This document shows, piece after piece, positions 31,381 through 40,302 of a DNA stretch of 64,000 nt. Made by a program: the position numbers and the translations under genes. The notes beneath the pieces are model-generated. The model was not told the DNA's origin, searched no databases, and saw only the letters and a program-made list of their open reading frames with translations. The DNA is taken from NCBI GenBank assembly GCA_965215015.1, contig OZ244042.1, positions 672,001 to 736,000 of the forward strand, in the 5' to 3' direction. Positions within the stretch are counted from its first letter, which is position 1. Each line of letters starts with the position of its first letter. The DNA is from Candidatus Poribacteria bacterium (GTDB taxonomy: Bacteria; Poribacteria; WGA-4E; PCPOR2b).

Positions 31381-31842
31381 CTATTTTTCTTCGCTAGGTT
31401 GAGGAAGGACAAGACTTTCGTCATCGAATTCGTAGTCTTCCAACTCGTCATATACTTCTTCATCTTCCTCATATTCAGTGATTGCTTCCATATCCGGAAT
31501 TTCAATCTGTGGAGCGTCAGCCCAAAGGCGTTCAAGATTATAGTATTCTCGCTTCTCTTCGAGAAAAATATGTACCACAAAGTCAACGTAGTCTAGCAAG
31601 ACCCAGTCCGCATTGCGGCCTCCTTCTCGGTGCCAAGGACGTTCATTCCAGTTTTCTTTTAGTTCATCGAGCACGGCGTCAGATATACCTTCGACCTGCG
31701 TATCAGAGACACCACTACAGATAATGAAAAAATTTGTAAACGAAGGTAACTGTCTTAAATCGAGGATAACCGCATTGCTAGCCCGTCGGCTCAAGGCAGT
31801 AGCAGCGGCAGCGTGTACCATTTCTAGCGTGTTTTCTTGCAT
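31381..31842 (-). CDS. rsfS: Ribosome silencing factor with an acidic C-terminal tail
   Basis: WVLLDY.DFVVHIF...REYYNLERLW. Confidence 0.92.
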   Translation of the reverse strand: MQENTLEMVHAAAATALSRRASNAVILDLRQLPSFTNFFIICSGVSDTQVEGISDAVLDELKENWNERPWHREGGRNADWVLLDYVDFVVHIFLEEKREYYNLERLWADAPQIEIPDMEAITEYEEDEEVYDELEDYEFDDESLVLPQPSEEK

Positions 31843-31923
31843 GTTGTTCCTCCTAAAAAAAGAAGTGCCTAGAGCTGGAACCGTGAATTGCACAAATGGC
31901 TGGATACCATGAATAACGCTAGT

Positions 31924-32556
31924 TCACTGTTTACGCGTTGGTTTACTGATTTCCAGGAGGGCACTGTTATAGGCATCAATTGTCCTCGGGTGAATGAGGA
32001 CACCTTTGGCGAGGAGGTGTTCAATTTTATAGCGGCTGACTTCAAAAACAGCTCTGTTCAGATCCTGATAGGCAAGCACACGTACGGAATGTGCCTTCAC
32101 GTGATTGCGCTTAGGTTCAGCAAAATCAGCAACATACAGGATTTTATCAGTAAGTGTCATCTTGCCGGAGCCGGTTGTGTGGATTCGGATGGCGTTGAGG
32201 ATCTCAGCGTTGTCAACATCAAAGCGTGAAACAGCGAACTCCACCCCAATGAGCGCGTGCAAAAGCGACGGGTTGTGGCGTTCGACTTCATCAAGTTGAA
32301 TCTCGTGGCTTGCCGCCGCTTTATACTGCTCTGAAGTCTTCATCCACTTGACACAATCGTGTAGAAGGGCAGCAAGGTTCACTTTTCGCAAATCCGCTCC
32401 ATATTTCTTTGCCAAGTCGAGTGCCAACTCTCGAACAGATAGGACGTGAGTATACCGCTTCGGCGTTAATTTGGCTTTGAGATATGTCTCAATCTCAATA
32501 GCTTTTGGTTCTGCAAATAGGGCTGCTTTTTCGATGTCGTCGTTATTCTTCTTCAT
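31924..32556 (-). CDS. yqeK: HD-domain Ap4A hydrolase YqeK
   Basis: RYTH, LLHD, HTTG, ADFAEP.R; context with nadD and rsfS. Confidence 0.88.
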   Translation of the reverse strand: MKKNNDDIEKAALFAEPKAIEIETYLKAKLTPKRYTHVLSVRELALDLAKKYGADLRKVNLAALLHDCVKWMKTSEQYKAAASHEIQLDEVERHNPSLLHALIGVEFAVSRFDVDNAEILNAIRIHTTGSGKMTLTDKILYVADFAEPKRNHVKAHSVRVLAYQDLNRAVFEVSRYKIEHLLAKGVLIHPRTIDAYNSALLEISKPTRKQ

Positions 32557-32797
32557 TTGTAATTTCGTCCACTTCTCCCGCATTAAGTAGAAACCGTGCA
32601 AGTGCTTCTTTTTCTTTATCCGCCATCAGATCGGCATTCGGCAGCGGCGCACTGATCCGATAATCCTCGCTGAACCATTTACCGAGATCTACTGCCTTAC
32701 AGCGCGCACTACAGAAGGGAAAGTTTGGCGGTAGCTTCCCACCGGGTTTGTAATCAAATTCGCAAACTGTTCCGCAGATACTACATTTGTGTTTCAC
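32543..32797 (-). CDS. yacG: DNA gyrase inhibitor YacG
   Basis: CSIC...FPFCSARCKAVDLGKW..EDYRI; probable GTG start. Confidence 0.85.
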   Translation of the reverse strand: MKHKCSICGTVCEFDYKPGGKLPPNFPFCSARCKAVDLGKWFSEDYRISAPLPNADLMADKEKEALARFLLNAGEVDEITNEEE

Positions 32798-32882
32798 CCT
32801 GAAATCACCTACCTTGTGCGTGAATGAGCGACTCATTCGTTCGCCCCTCGGAAAACCCGATTTTTTCACGATAGTTTTTATT

Positions 32883-33264
32883 ATGGGATTTACGCGGTTG
32901 AACGCTCAAATCAGCAGGAACACGTGAGATTTACTCTCTTGAGCTAAGGATGAAATATAGATTTCAGACTGTCATACGCGGCGTTCAATGCGCTCAATGT
33001 CTTAGATACTAGTTGTCAGCGATGTCTCTCCAGTTCCCGGAAGTAATTCGCTTAGATTAGCCGAGAATTGCTTATCCCACTTTGGCATGTTGCAACGGTT
33101 GTCGTTAGGGGGGGCCGGTAGAGATTGCCTGTTTTACCCATTGATGGTCGGTTGTAGTATGTGGAAGCCGCAATTAGAAAGTTGATAGAGTCATATTCAG
33201 TGCATTTGGGTGGATTCATAGCCGGTATTATAACCTATTTTCTAACCAAGTGCGTAACTCGTAT
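32883..33264. mobile_element. MITE-like/IS remnant with (G)GA.TTACGC(A) terminal inverted repeats
   Basis: GGGATTTACGC ... TGCGTAACTC; right end shared with 35431-35567. Confidence 0.5.
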
Positions 33265-33291
33265 ATTGGAACAAAGATTTAGCTCTTCGGT

Positions 33292-33873
33292 TTACCTATA
33301 TAGCTGATGACGTTCAATATACTTCCAGACAGGTTCCGGGACAAGGTATCTAATGGAACAGCCAGATCGGATACGTTCACGAATCTGAGTCGCGGAGATG
33401 TCAACTCCTGTAATAGAAAAATATTGGACACGGTCCCGAAGGTCCAGAGGAACTTTGTCCAAGCAATAGTTGGGACGAGTAGTTGCGATAAAGCGACAAA
33501 TGTTGAGAATTTCATCATAATCTTTCCAGATTTTGAAGTCAATCAGTGAATCAGCACCGATAATAAATGCGAGATCACATTCCTTGCCGTAGAAAGCTTG
33601 TAACTCTTTGATAGTCTGAATAGCAAAGGAAGGCCCGATGCGATCTAACTCGATTCGCGATACCTCGAAATCAGAGTTATTCGATGTTGCGCGGAGGGTC
33701 ATCTGATAACGGTGTTCCGGATCAATGATGTCCCGTGAATCTTTATGGGGTGGACGGGCGGACGGGATAAAAAGAATCTTATCATAGCCCAAGCCATCAC
33801 GCACTTCCTCCGCACTCAGCAGATGGGCATAGTGGATGGGATTGAAGGTGCCGCCCATAATGGCAATTTTCAT
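33292..33873 (-). CDS. nadD: Nicotinate-nucleotide adenylyltransferase
   Basis: GGTFNPIHYAH, IIGADS, ISATQIR. Confidence 0.93.
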   Translation of the reverse strand: MKIAIMGGTFNPIHYAHLLSAEEVRDGLGYDKILFIPSARPPHKDSRDIIDPEHRYQMTLRATSNNSDFEVSRIELDRIGPSFAIQTIKELQAFYGKECDLAFIIGADSLIDFKIWKDYDEILNICRFIATTRPNYCLDKVPLDLRDRVQYFSITGVDISATQIRERIRSGCSIRYLVPEPVWKYIERHQLYR

Positions 33874-33959
33874 TTTTGTCCTCCACCTTTATCAACACCG
33901 GTGATTCAGATATAGTTCCCTGTCACGTTCTAATGTGCCTTTGAAAATAAAATACATTA

Positions 33960-35429
33960 TCAATAGGCTTTTTTGAATCCGTTTATTGGCTTTAGTAGAT
34001 ATGCCTTTTCGCTTTGTAAAAAAAAGCCTGTACTCCAGAGAATTAGAGGATACCCTAAAAAGAACAAGAGCTTCAGAATCACATTAATTTTTGCAGCCAT
34101 GTTACTAGCAACCAATAAAGATAGCCCGTAGAGTCCGAATCCGATTCCTGTAATATGTAAGAGTCTCCTAACTTCAAAATGGAGATTGTAGAATTTTGCC
34201 GAATAGTATGCTTTCAGGAAATTCCACACAATGTAGGATAGCATAGTGGCAAACGCAGCTCCTAATATACCCCAATAGGGCACAAAGAGAAAGTTCAACC
34301 CAATATTCACTAATGCCGCTATCAAAACGATTCCCGAAACATGGAACGATTTTTTCATCAATCCCATACCCCAACCAATGAAATTACCAATCCCATGCTG
34401 AACGTAGGAGTAGGTGATGATTGGGATGATGACCCAAGCTGCCCAGAACGCTTCCTGCCGCGCAAAAAGCATCAGAATTTCTCGACTGAAAAGCGAAATC
34501 AGTAGGCACGCAGCACATCCTATTAGATAGAAATAGGTAGCACCCAATCTTAGAAAATCCCGTATAGCTTCGGGATTATCTTCCTGCTTGAGAACAATCG
34601 GCTGAAGGGCTTGTTTCAGCGGCGTCACCAGAGCGGTTTGAAGGATTCCAGCAATTTGATATCCAAAAGAGTAGAGCCCCACTATGCTAACGGAGTTGAA
34701 GATTCTTAAAACATACCGATCTCCAGATTGGATGAGCAGATTTGAATATTCCGATAACAACAGCGGATAAGCGTATTTCAGCGGTGGCATAAGCACCGAG
34801 CGAGACAGCCTAAATGTCGATCCCTTGATAAAGACAGGAAGTATCGTGATTACCGTGACTATCAGACCGAACAAGTTTCCAACGATAGGTGCAAGCACCC
34901 CCTTTTTCAAAACAATAAGCAGATACAGTGTCAACCCCGCAGAGAGTAACAGGCTTAATATCGATGTGCAAACGAAGTATTTCGCCTTCTCCAACATGCG
35001 AAGCAAACAGAGAAACAGGGATGAAAACGGTTGTAAAAACAGTATCAACGCATATATCTTGAGGATATGAGCGAGGTTCCTATCTTGTAGAATGATCTCA
35101 GCGAGGTATTCACTGATTTTCCAAAATATAACCGCACAGCAACTAATTATTAGTAATGCCCATAAAAACAGGTTGAACAGCAAGATACCACTTTTCCCCC
35201 CATATTCTGGAGCATAGCAGAACCGAGTAAAGGCACTATTTATAGGCGATGACACAAACCGAGTCAACAAGTTAATGGTAATAGACATCAGCCCAATAAT
35301 ACCAAAATCCTGGGGTGCCAAGAACAAGGTATAGATTGGAAAAAGTAAAACGAATAACGCACCTTGAGATATGCTTCCTAAAAAATAAAGGCTACCGAGG
35401 GAAATTATCTTTTTGAAGCTGTTATTCAT
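33960..35429 (-). CDS. wzx: Wzx-type polysaccharide flippase
   Basis: About 12-14 hydrophobic segments, LFPIYT...DFG, GDRY, GILGAAFAT; probable start MNNSFKK. Confidence 0.8.
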   Translation of the reverse strand: MNNSFKKIISLGSLYFLGSISQGALFVLLFPIYTLFLAPQDFGIIGLMSITINLLTRFVSSPINSAFTRFCYAPEYGGKSGILLFNLFLWALLIISCCAVIFWKISEYLAEIILQDRNLAHILKIYALILFLQPFSSLFLCLLRMLEKAKYFVCTSILSLLLSAGLTLYLLIVLKKGVLAPIVGNLFGLIVTVITILPVFIKGSTFRLSRSVLMPPLKYAYPLLLSEYSNLLIQSGDRYVLRIFNSVSIVGLYSFGYQIAGILQTALVTPLKQALQPIVLKQEDNPEAIRDFLRLGATYFYLIGCAACLLISLFSREILMLFARQEAFWAAWVIIPIITYSYVQHGIGNFIGWGMGLMKKSFHVSGIVLIAALVNIGLNFLFVPYWGILGAAFATMLSYIVWNFLKAYYSAKFYNLHFEVRRLLHITGIGFGLYGLSLLVASNMAAKINVILKLLFFLGYPLILWSTGFFLQSEKAYLLKPINGFKKAY

Positions 35430-35430
35430 A

Positions 35431-35567
35431 GTTGGGGTTACGCAGTTGGTGTTAAAGTTTGACACGATTGAGCTAGATCGGCACGAACCGCTTTACCGAT
35501 AATTGAGTTTTTGCCTTCAACCAACTTATATTATACCTTATTTTCGGTCCGCGTGCGTAACTCTTAT
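35431..35567. mobile_element. MITE-like element of the TTACGCA family
   Basis: GGGGTTACGCA ... TGCGTAACTC. Confidence 0.55.
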
Positions 35568-35573
35568 ACACAA

Positions 35574-37133
35574 TCAAGAAATCGTATAAACCACATATTC
35601 ATCATTCTCAAATACCTTGTTTAAGGCTTCAAAGTTGTAGTCAATTCCCTGCCTATGAACAACTATTAAATCTGATTTTTGTACGACTAAGGTATTGATA
35701 GCGTATTTCTGGCTGAAGTAGTTGAAATCAGGGCGGACAAATCGGTAAGCGACCATATCATCTTTCATATATTGGAAACCATCAATATCCTTGGTTACAA
35801 AATTGTAATAGAACAATGTATCGGAATGGTCCAGTGCTGTTGCAATCTTAAAACTTATTTTCGTAGGTATACACAGTACCCTTAGGTCCTCTTGCTGCTG
35901 TAAAAAGTTTATCAACGCCCTAAATGAGAGTTCTACTCCAATCCCTAAGGCCTTCAGCAATTCACTTTTCATAACAAAGAAGTAATTCGCACAAATGATA
36001 CAAAGTTGTATTACTACCAACCAAAAGACAATGTTAGATTCGATTCCTTGTTCCAACAGGAGATAGACAAACAATAGATTAATATAGAATGCACTGTATT
36101 CAAGATACCTTTCAGCTTCTCCCAAGAATAGGAATGGCTTGAGCGACGTAATAGCAAAAACAAGACAACTGGCAGAAGAAAGGGACAACAAATAGAAGAT
36201 TATCTTTTCGTCCGCTAAAGTTATCAACTTCTGCGGCGATTTTGCGAACCAAAATATCAATACAACCAATACAGGCATTGAATACGCCGCGATGATCGGC
36301 GTGATTTTCGTGAAAATCAGGTGTATGAATTTTCTAGGCTCCTTTACCAAATAGACCGGAAGGTATACGATGTCTTTCAGGTTATTCCGATCTTCAATAC
36401 CAACCCTCTCAGTCAGTTGAAAATACCAAAGGTAATGATTGTACTTGTGTCGAAGAATCTGTTTTATTCCTAAACCTGGGGTGATAGCCCCTATGATCAC
36501 AGTCGCTATTGCCAAGATAAACGGAATCGGGTGTAAATAGAAAATTGAGAGAACTATCGATGTAAATAACCAGTTCTGCAGCCCAAACTGAGATGACAAA
36601 ATGATAAGCGATCCCAGAACAAAACAGGGCAGGTAAAATAGCGGTTGACCAAACAGAAAGGCATATCCAAAAAAAACAAAATACAATAGATTTAAGAAAT
36701 TACCAACAACCCTCCCGCCCATCGCTCTTAATCTTGCCGTAACGGGGAAGAGTATAGGTGAAGTTGCCGACAAGAGTGTCGTAGCAACTTCTGGGGAGAT
36801 TGCATCATCAGTCTCAAATTCCCATATTTGCTGAAAGAGGATATATGATAGAAAATAAACTAAAACAAGACTTAAACAATCATAGACAATATTAAGCAGT
36901 TTCCCTGCTAAGATCCAATGCTTTTTAGGGAAACGGCTTATAAGATAATGGGGAAGTGTAGGATAACCTTTTGACCCTTCAATAAGGGTATTATTAACGC
37001 GGTGTGAGCCAAACTTCATTTTCGTGTATCTATTGACGTACCATAGATGCGTATCATCATCAGTGGATTTTGATAATATAAAAAGAAGTCTTAGAAAAAA
37101 GCCGAGTATAATTATTAGTAGGAGATATATCAT
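35574..37133 (-). CDS. Polytopic membrane protein (GT-C/Wzy-like), AT-rich
   Basis: Many TM segments, DD and YP motifs after TM1, GEAERYLEY. Confidence 0.6.
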   Translation of the reverse strand: MIYLLLIIILGFFLRLLFILSKSTDDDTHLWYVNRYTKMKFGSHRVNNTLIEGSKGYPTLPHYLISRFPKKHWILAGKLLNIVYDCLSLVLVYFLSYILFQQIWEFETDDAISPEVATTLLSATSPILFPVTARLRAMGGRVVGNFLNLLYFVFFGYAFLFGQPLFYLPCFVLGSLIILSSQFGLQNWLFTSIVLSIFYLHPIPFILAIATVIIGAITPGLGIKQILRHKYNHYLWYFQLTERVGIEDRNNLKDIVYLPVYLVKEPRKFIHLIFTKITPIIAAYSMPVLVVLIFWFAKSPQKLITLADEKIIFYLLSLSSASCLVFAITSLKPFLFLGEAERYLEYSAFYINLLFVYLLLEQGIESNIVFWLVVIQLCIICANYFFVMKSELLKALGIGVELSFRALINFLQQQEDLRVLCIPTKISFKIATALDHSDTLFYYNFVTKDIDGFQYMKDDMVAYRFVRPDFNYFSQKYAINTLVVQKSDLIVVHRQGIDYNFEALNKVFENDEYVVYTIS

Positions 37134-37166
37134 TCTTTATTTTTTGCTTGGGTTATTCCACATGAT

Positions 37167-38156
37167 TCAGTCTATATTATTAGCTCCAAAATAGCGTTCA
37201 GCAACCTTGCGAAGCTTCTGAAACTCCTCGTCGCTTATGCGCTTGACATCTGTTGATTCAAATCGCTCTGGAATAAGGTCTGGCTTCCAATCAACTTCAA
37301 CCCCTATTTGTCTTACGGCTTCAACTACCCTGTTTACCTCCACTCTTGGCTGAGAATAAAGGTCATCATATAAGATGTGCAGAAAGCGTTCGGAGGAAAG
37401 AGAGGAGAAACTGGTCTCAATATCTTTCAAAGTATAATATATCTGCCCTGCTATCTGCTCATGCGGCGAGGTAGACAGGAGTTCGGTGTACTCTTTGGGG
37501 CGAAGTGACCACCAATTACCCGCGTCTCCCAATATTTCGCTGCGGGCTAACAATAAGGACTGCATGTTATAGACCGACTGCCGGCGACAGAGCACAAAAA
37601 TAGAATTCTCAAAGTGTTTTGCAAGAAAGGGGATGTGTAGCCCACAGGGTAGGTACTTAAAGCATAGGGGTTTATTATAAACGCTTTCTAAAGCAGCGAG
37701 CTCCTTCCGGAGGGCATCTAAATCTATTTCTTCCAATTCCTTGGCGTCCAGTTGATGCGTTTCTCCAAAGTGGAACCACCGAGACCAAAAGTAACCGTAT
37801 TCGTGAGGTCCTACCCACCCCTCTGTCACTCCGAATCTTGATACAAAAGCCTGATTATACTCCAATTTTCGGATACCAAGAGCATCTTCGATTAGCATCC
37901 CCACATAAGGTGCCCTCCAAAAACGCGCAACAAAATTACTGACGTACGAAAATGCCCCTGTTTGTGCCAAAGCCTGGGAGAGCAATGTTGAACCCGATCT
38001 CGGAGCACCGACAATAAACACAGTGGGCAGTCGGGGTCGATCAAAAACAGATATGAGTTGCCTTTCTAAGGGAGCCAAACGCGCATTCAGGTGCTTCAAT
38101 CGCTCCTCTTGTTCTGGGTCTTTGCGGTATTCTGGAGTTCTTTCAGGTTCATACAT
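37167..38156 (-). CDS. Sulfotransferase
   Basis: PAPS-binding GAPRSGSTLL. Confidence 0.85.
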   Translation of the reverse strand: MYEPERTPEYRKDPEQEERLKHLNARLAPLERQLISVFDRPRLPTVFIVGAPRSGSTLLSQALAQTGAFSYVSNFVARFWRAPYVGMLIEDALGIRKLEYNQAFVSRFGVTEGWVGPHEYGYFWSRWFHFGETHQLDAKELEEIDLDALRKELAALESVYNKPLCFKYLPCGLHIPFLAKHFENSIFVLCRRQSVYNMQSLLLARSEILGDAGNWWSLRPKEYTELLSTSPHEQIAGQIYYTLKDIETSFSSLSSERFLHILYDDLYSQPRVEVNRVVEAVRQIGVEVDWKPDLIPERFESTDVKRISDEEFQKLRKVAERYFGANNID

Positions 38157-38220
38157 AGTTTACAGCATCCCATACAACGCTCAGTTATAGGAATATAGAT
38201 TGCCTTGATATTGTTCCAAC

Positions 38221-39201
38221 CTATCCGGTCTGATGCCACGCATACGTTTCGCGAAAAATACCAATAGCACCAAAGCTTTCCTTAAACCGAAAGATATTGG
38301 GTCTCCCCTGCATCTGCGCCGATGATGTCCCAAAATCAAACCAGCGAAATCCTTCTTCCTGTGCGCGTTCTAAGGCTTCATATATCAGCAAACTTAGCCC
38401 TTGGGCTTGTTGCTTTTGCGGATCTTGGCAGAGGTAGAAGGAGCTATTGACATTCTGGTTGATGACAAAATATCCTACCCCAGCGATGGGGATTCCATCA
38501 AGAGAGGCTATATCCACATAGACACGTTCAGAATTACGTTCATGAAGCCATCGAAACTCGGCTAAGGTATGGGTCGGGTTGCTGCCGTGTTTCGCAAAAG
38601 TCATCTCTAGGATTTGCCAAAAATCCGTTATCGGTGCCTGCCGGACCACATTTATGCCCATCTTTCTCGCCTTTCGTGCCTTTCGTGCCGTATTGCGTGC
38701 CCGTGATGTCATCTCTTTCGATGTGGGATTGTTCTTATCCAAACACACCACGCTGGAGATATCTCGATTAATACATTGAAATCCCCATTCTAACAGTACG
38801 AATCGAAGTATCTCACTGTAACGCTGGTAACAGACTGAAATCGGTAGGGTCAGAGTGAGTTCACTTATCCCCTGAGATTTGAGGTATTCTAAAATTGCTT
38901 CAACGACCCCATGGCTGTCTTGGTAGTTTTGAGGTTTGCTAAATACAGGGCCTCCGTAGCTACCGCCATAGGGAGATTTTGCAACCCGTCGTCCATCCTC
39001 ATCGAAAATAGCAAGGGGCATTACGGCATGAACTGCCGGTCCCTTGTGGATAATTAGGTGATGCTCATTTTTACAGAATTTCTCACCATGATAAGCCAGA
39101 AAATCAAGGCGATGGAATAAGGTTCCTTCGTTTGAACTGTCAACGAAGTTGTCCCATCTATGGCTTTGACTGGATTGAAATTGCTCAACTGTAAACTTCA
39201 T
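38221..39201 (-). CDS. GNAT/FemAB-like acyltransferase
   Basis: GTLFH..DFL.YH, SYGG, FDFGTS, FKESFGA. Confidence 0.78.
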   Translation of the reverse strand: MKFTVEQFQSSQSHRWDNFVDSSNEGTLFHRLDFLAYHGEKFCKNEHHLIIHKGPAVHAVMPLAIFDEDGRRVAKSPYGGSYGGPVFSKPQNYQDSHGVVEAILEYLKSQGISELTLTLPISVCYQRYSEILRFVLLEWGFQCINRDISSVVCLDKNNPTSKEMTSRARNTARKARKARKMGINVVRQAPITDFWQILEMTFAKHGSNPTHTLAEFRWLHERNSERVYVDIASLDGIPIAGVGYFVINQNVNSSFYLCQDPQKQQAQGLSLLIYEALERAQEEGFRWFDFGTSSAQMQGRPNIFRFKESFGAIGIFRETYAWHQTG

Positions 39202-39249
39202 AGCTCTAACCACAATCTACCACTGTGTTCAAACGAGGTAAGCATCAGT

Positions 39250-40302
39250 TTATTTGCCAAATCCCATGGCGAGTGGGAGATTGTGCAAAACTTTTTTTTC
39301 TGCCTCAACTGGGTCAAGGCCTTCGAGGCGCGTCCGCGCCATTGCCTCACCAACTTTTAGTCCGGCGGTATGCAAAGCGATAACCGGCTTAGGACCCAGA
39401 TAGTCAGTTGCAACGCTCATGTAACCCGGTGCCGCCGATTGTTGCGGGACACACGGAATGGTGGCACTATCAATTTCTTCTCGATTTATATTTCCAGCGA
39501 TGTGGACAATCGACACATGCGGACTCAACATTAACAGTTCATCAACAGTCATCTGCCCTTTACTACCGATTAAGCAAACTGGGCTGTGATGTTCTACCGA
39601 AACAACGAGATCGGCATCGCGAAGTATAGATTTAGCAGATTCGGTGTCTAGGGAGTCGCCCGCAGACAGGTCAATGTATCCGATATCAGCATCCAACTTA
39701 TCAAATGCCTTGACGCTGTTTTCACCAAAGGCGCCACTCCCGACAACCACAATTTTCGATCTGTAAATTTCAATCTCCAGTTCAAATGCCAGTTTGACTG
39801 CCAAATAGCCAGCGTAGGTGAAAAGGTCCAGCGTTACCTCACGCTCATTTGTACCTAAAACCATAATTCCCTTGCCCCGACATTCTGAGAGATTCAGATC
39901 CGCTTCGCGAAATTCCCACGTCTCCCACATCAGCGGGAGGACAGCGGTTGGTTTTAGGTGGGCAATCATCTTTTTATCGATTGGGCGCACAAATCCAAGA
40001 TTTGTTACAATATCAACTTGTGACAGTATCGCTGGGGTTTTATCAGAGACGACCTCAATTCGATCCTCAACTCCCCACTTTTGTGCCAATGCAAGTGTGA
40101 AATTCCTCACATCAGCTGCTTTACCATGCCTTGAGTCCCGTGTGATTGCAAAAACTTGGTCTGAACCAGCTAACGCTGCAATTAAGGGGGTCACGACATA
40201 GTTGCCACTTGCCGCCTCCGTGAAAATAGTGAGTTCCGATAGGTCTAGATCGTATGTGTCTATTGCGGCACCAATGAGTTTCTCAATGCGTTTGATGTTC
40301 AT
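39250..40302 (-). CDS. Conserved hypothetical protein with a D-2-hydroxyacid dehydrogenase-like Rossmann region
   Basis: TEAASGNY, LMWETWEFR..D, VVGSGAFG; ATGA overlap with asnB. Confidence 0.6.
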   Translation of the reverse strand: MNIKRIEKLIGAAIDTYDLDLSELTIFTEAASGNYVVTPLIAALAGSDQVFAITRDSRHGKAADVRNFTLALAQKWGVEDRIEVVSDKTPAILSQVDIVTNLGFVRPIDKKMIAHLKPTAVLPLMWETWEFREADLNLSECRGKGIMVLGTNEREVTLDLFTYAGYLAVKLAFELEIEIYRSKIVVVGSGAFGENSVKAFDKLDADIGYIDLSAGDSLDTESAKSILRDADLVVSVEHHSPVCLIGSKGQMTVDELLMLSPHVSIVHIAGNINREEIDSATIPCVPQQSAAPGYMSVATDYLGPKPVIALHTAGLKVGEAMARTRLEGLDPVEAEKKVLHNLPLAMGFGK

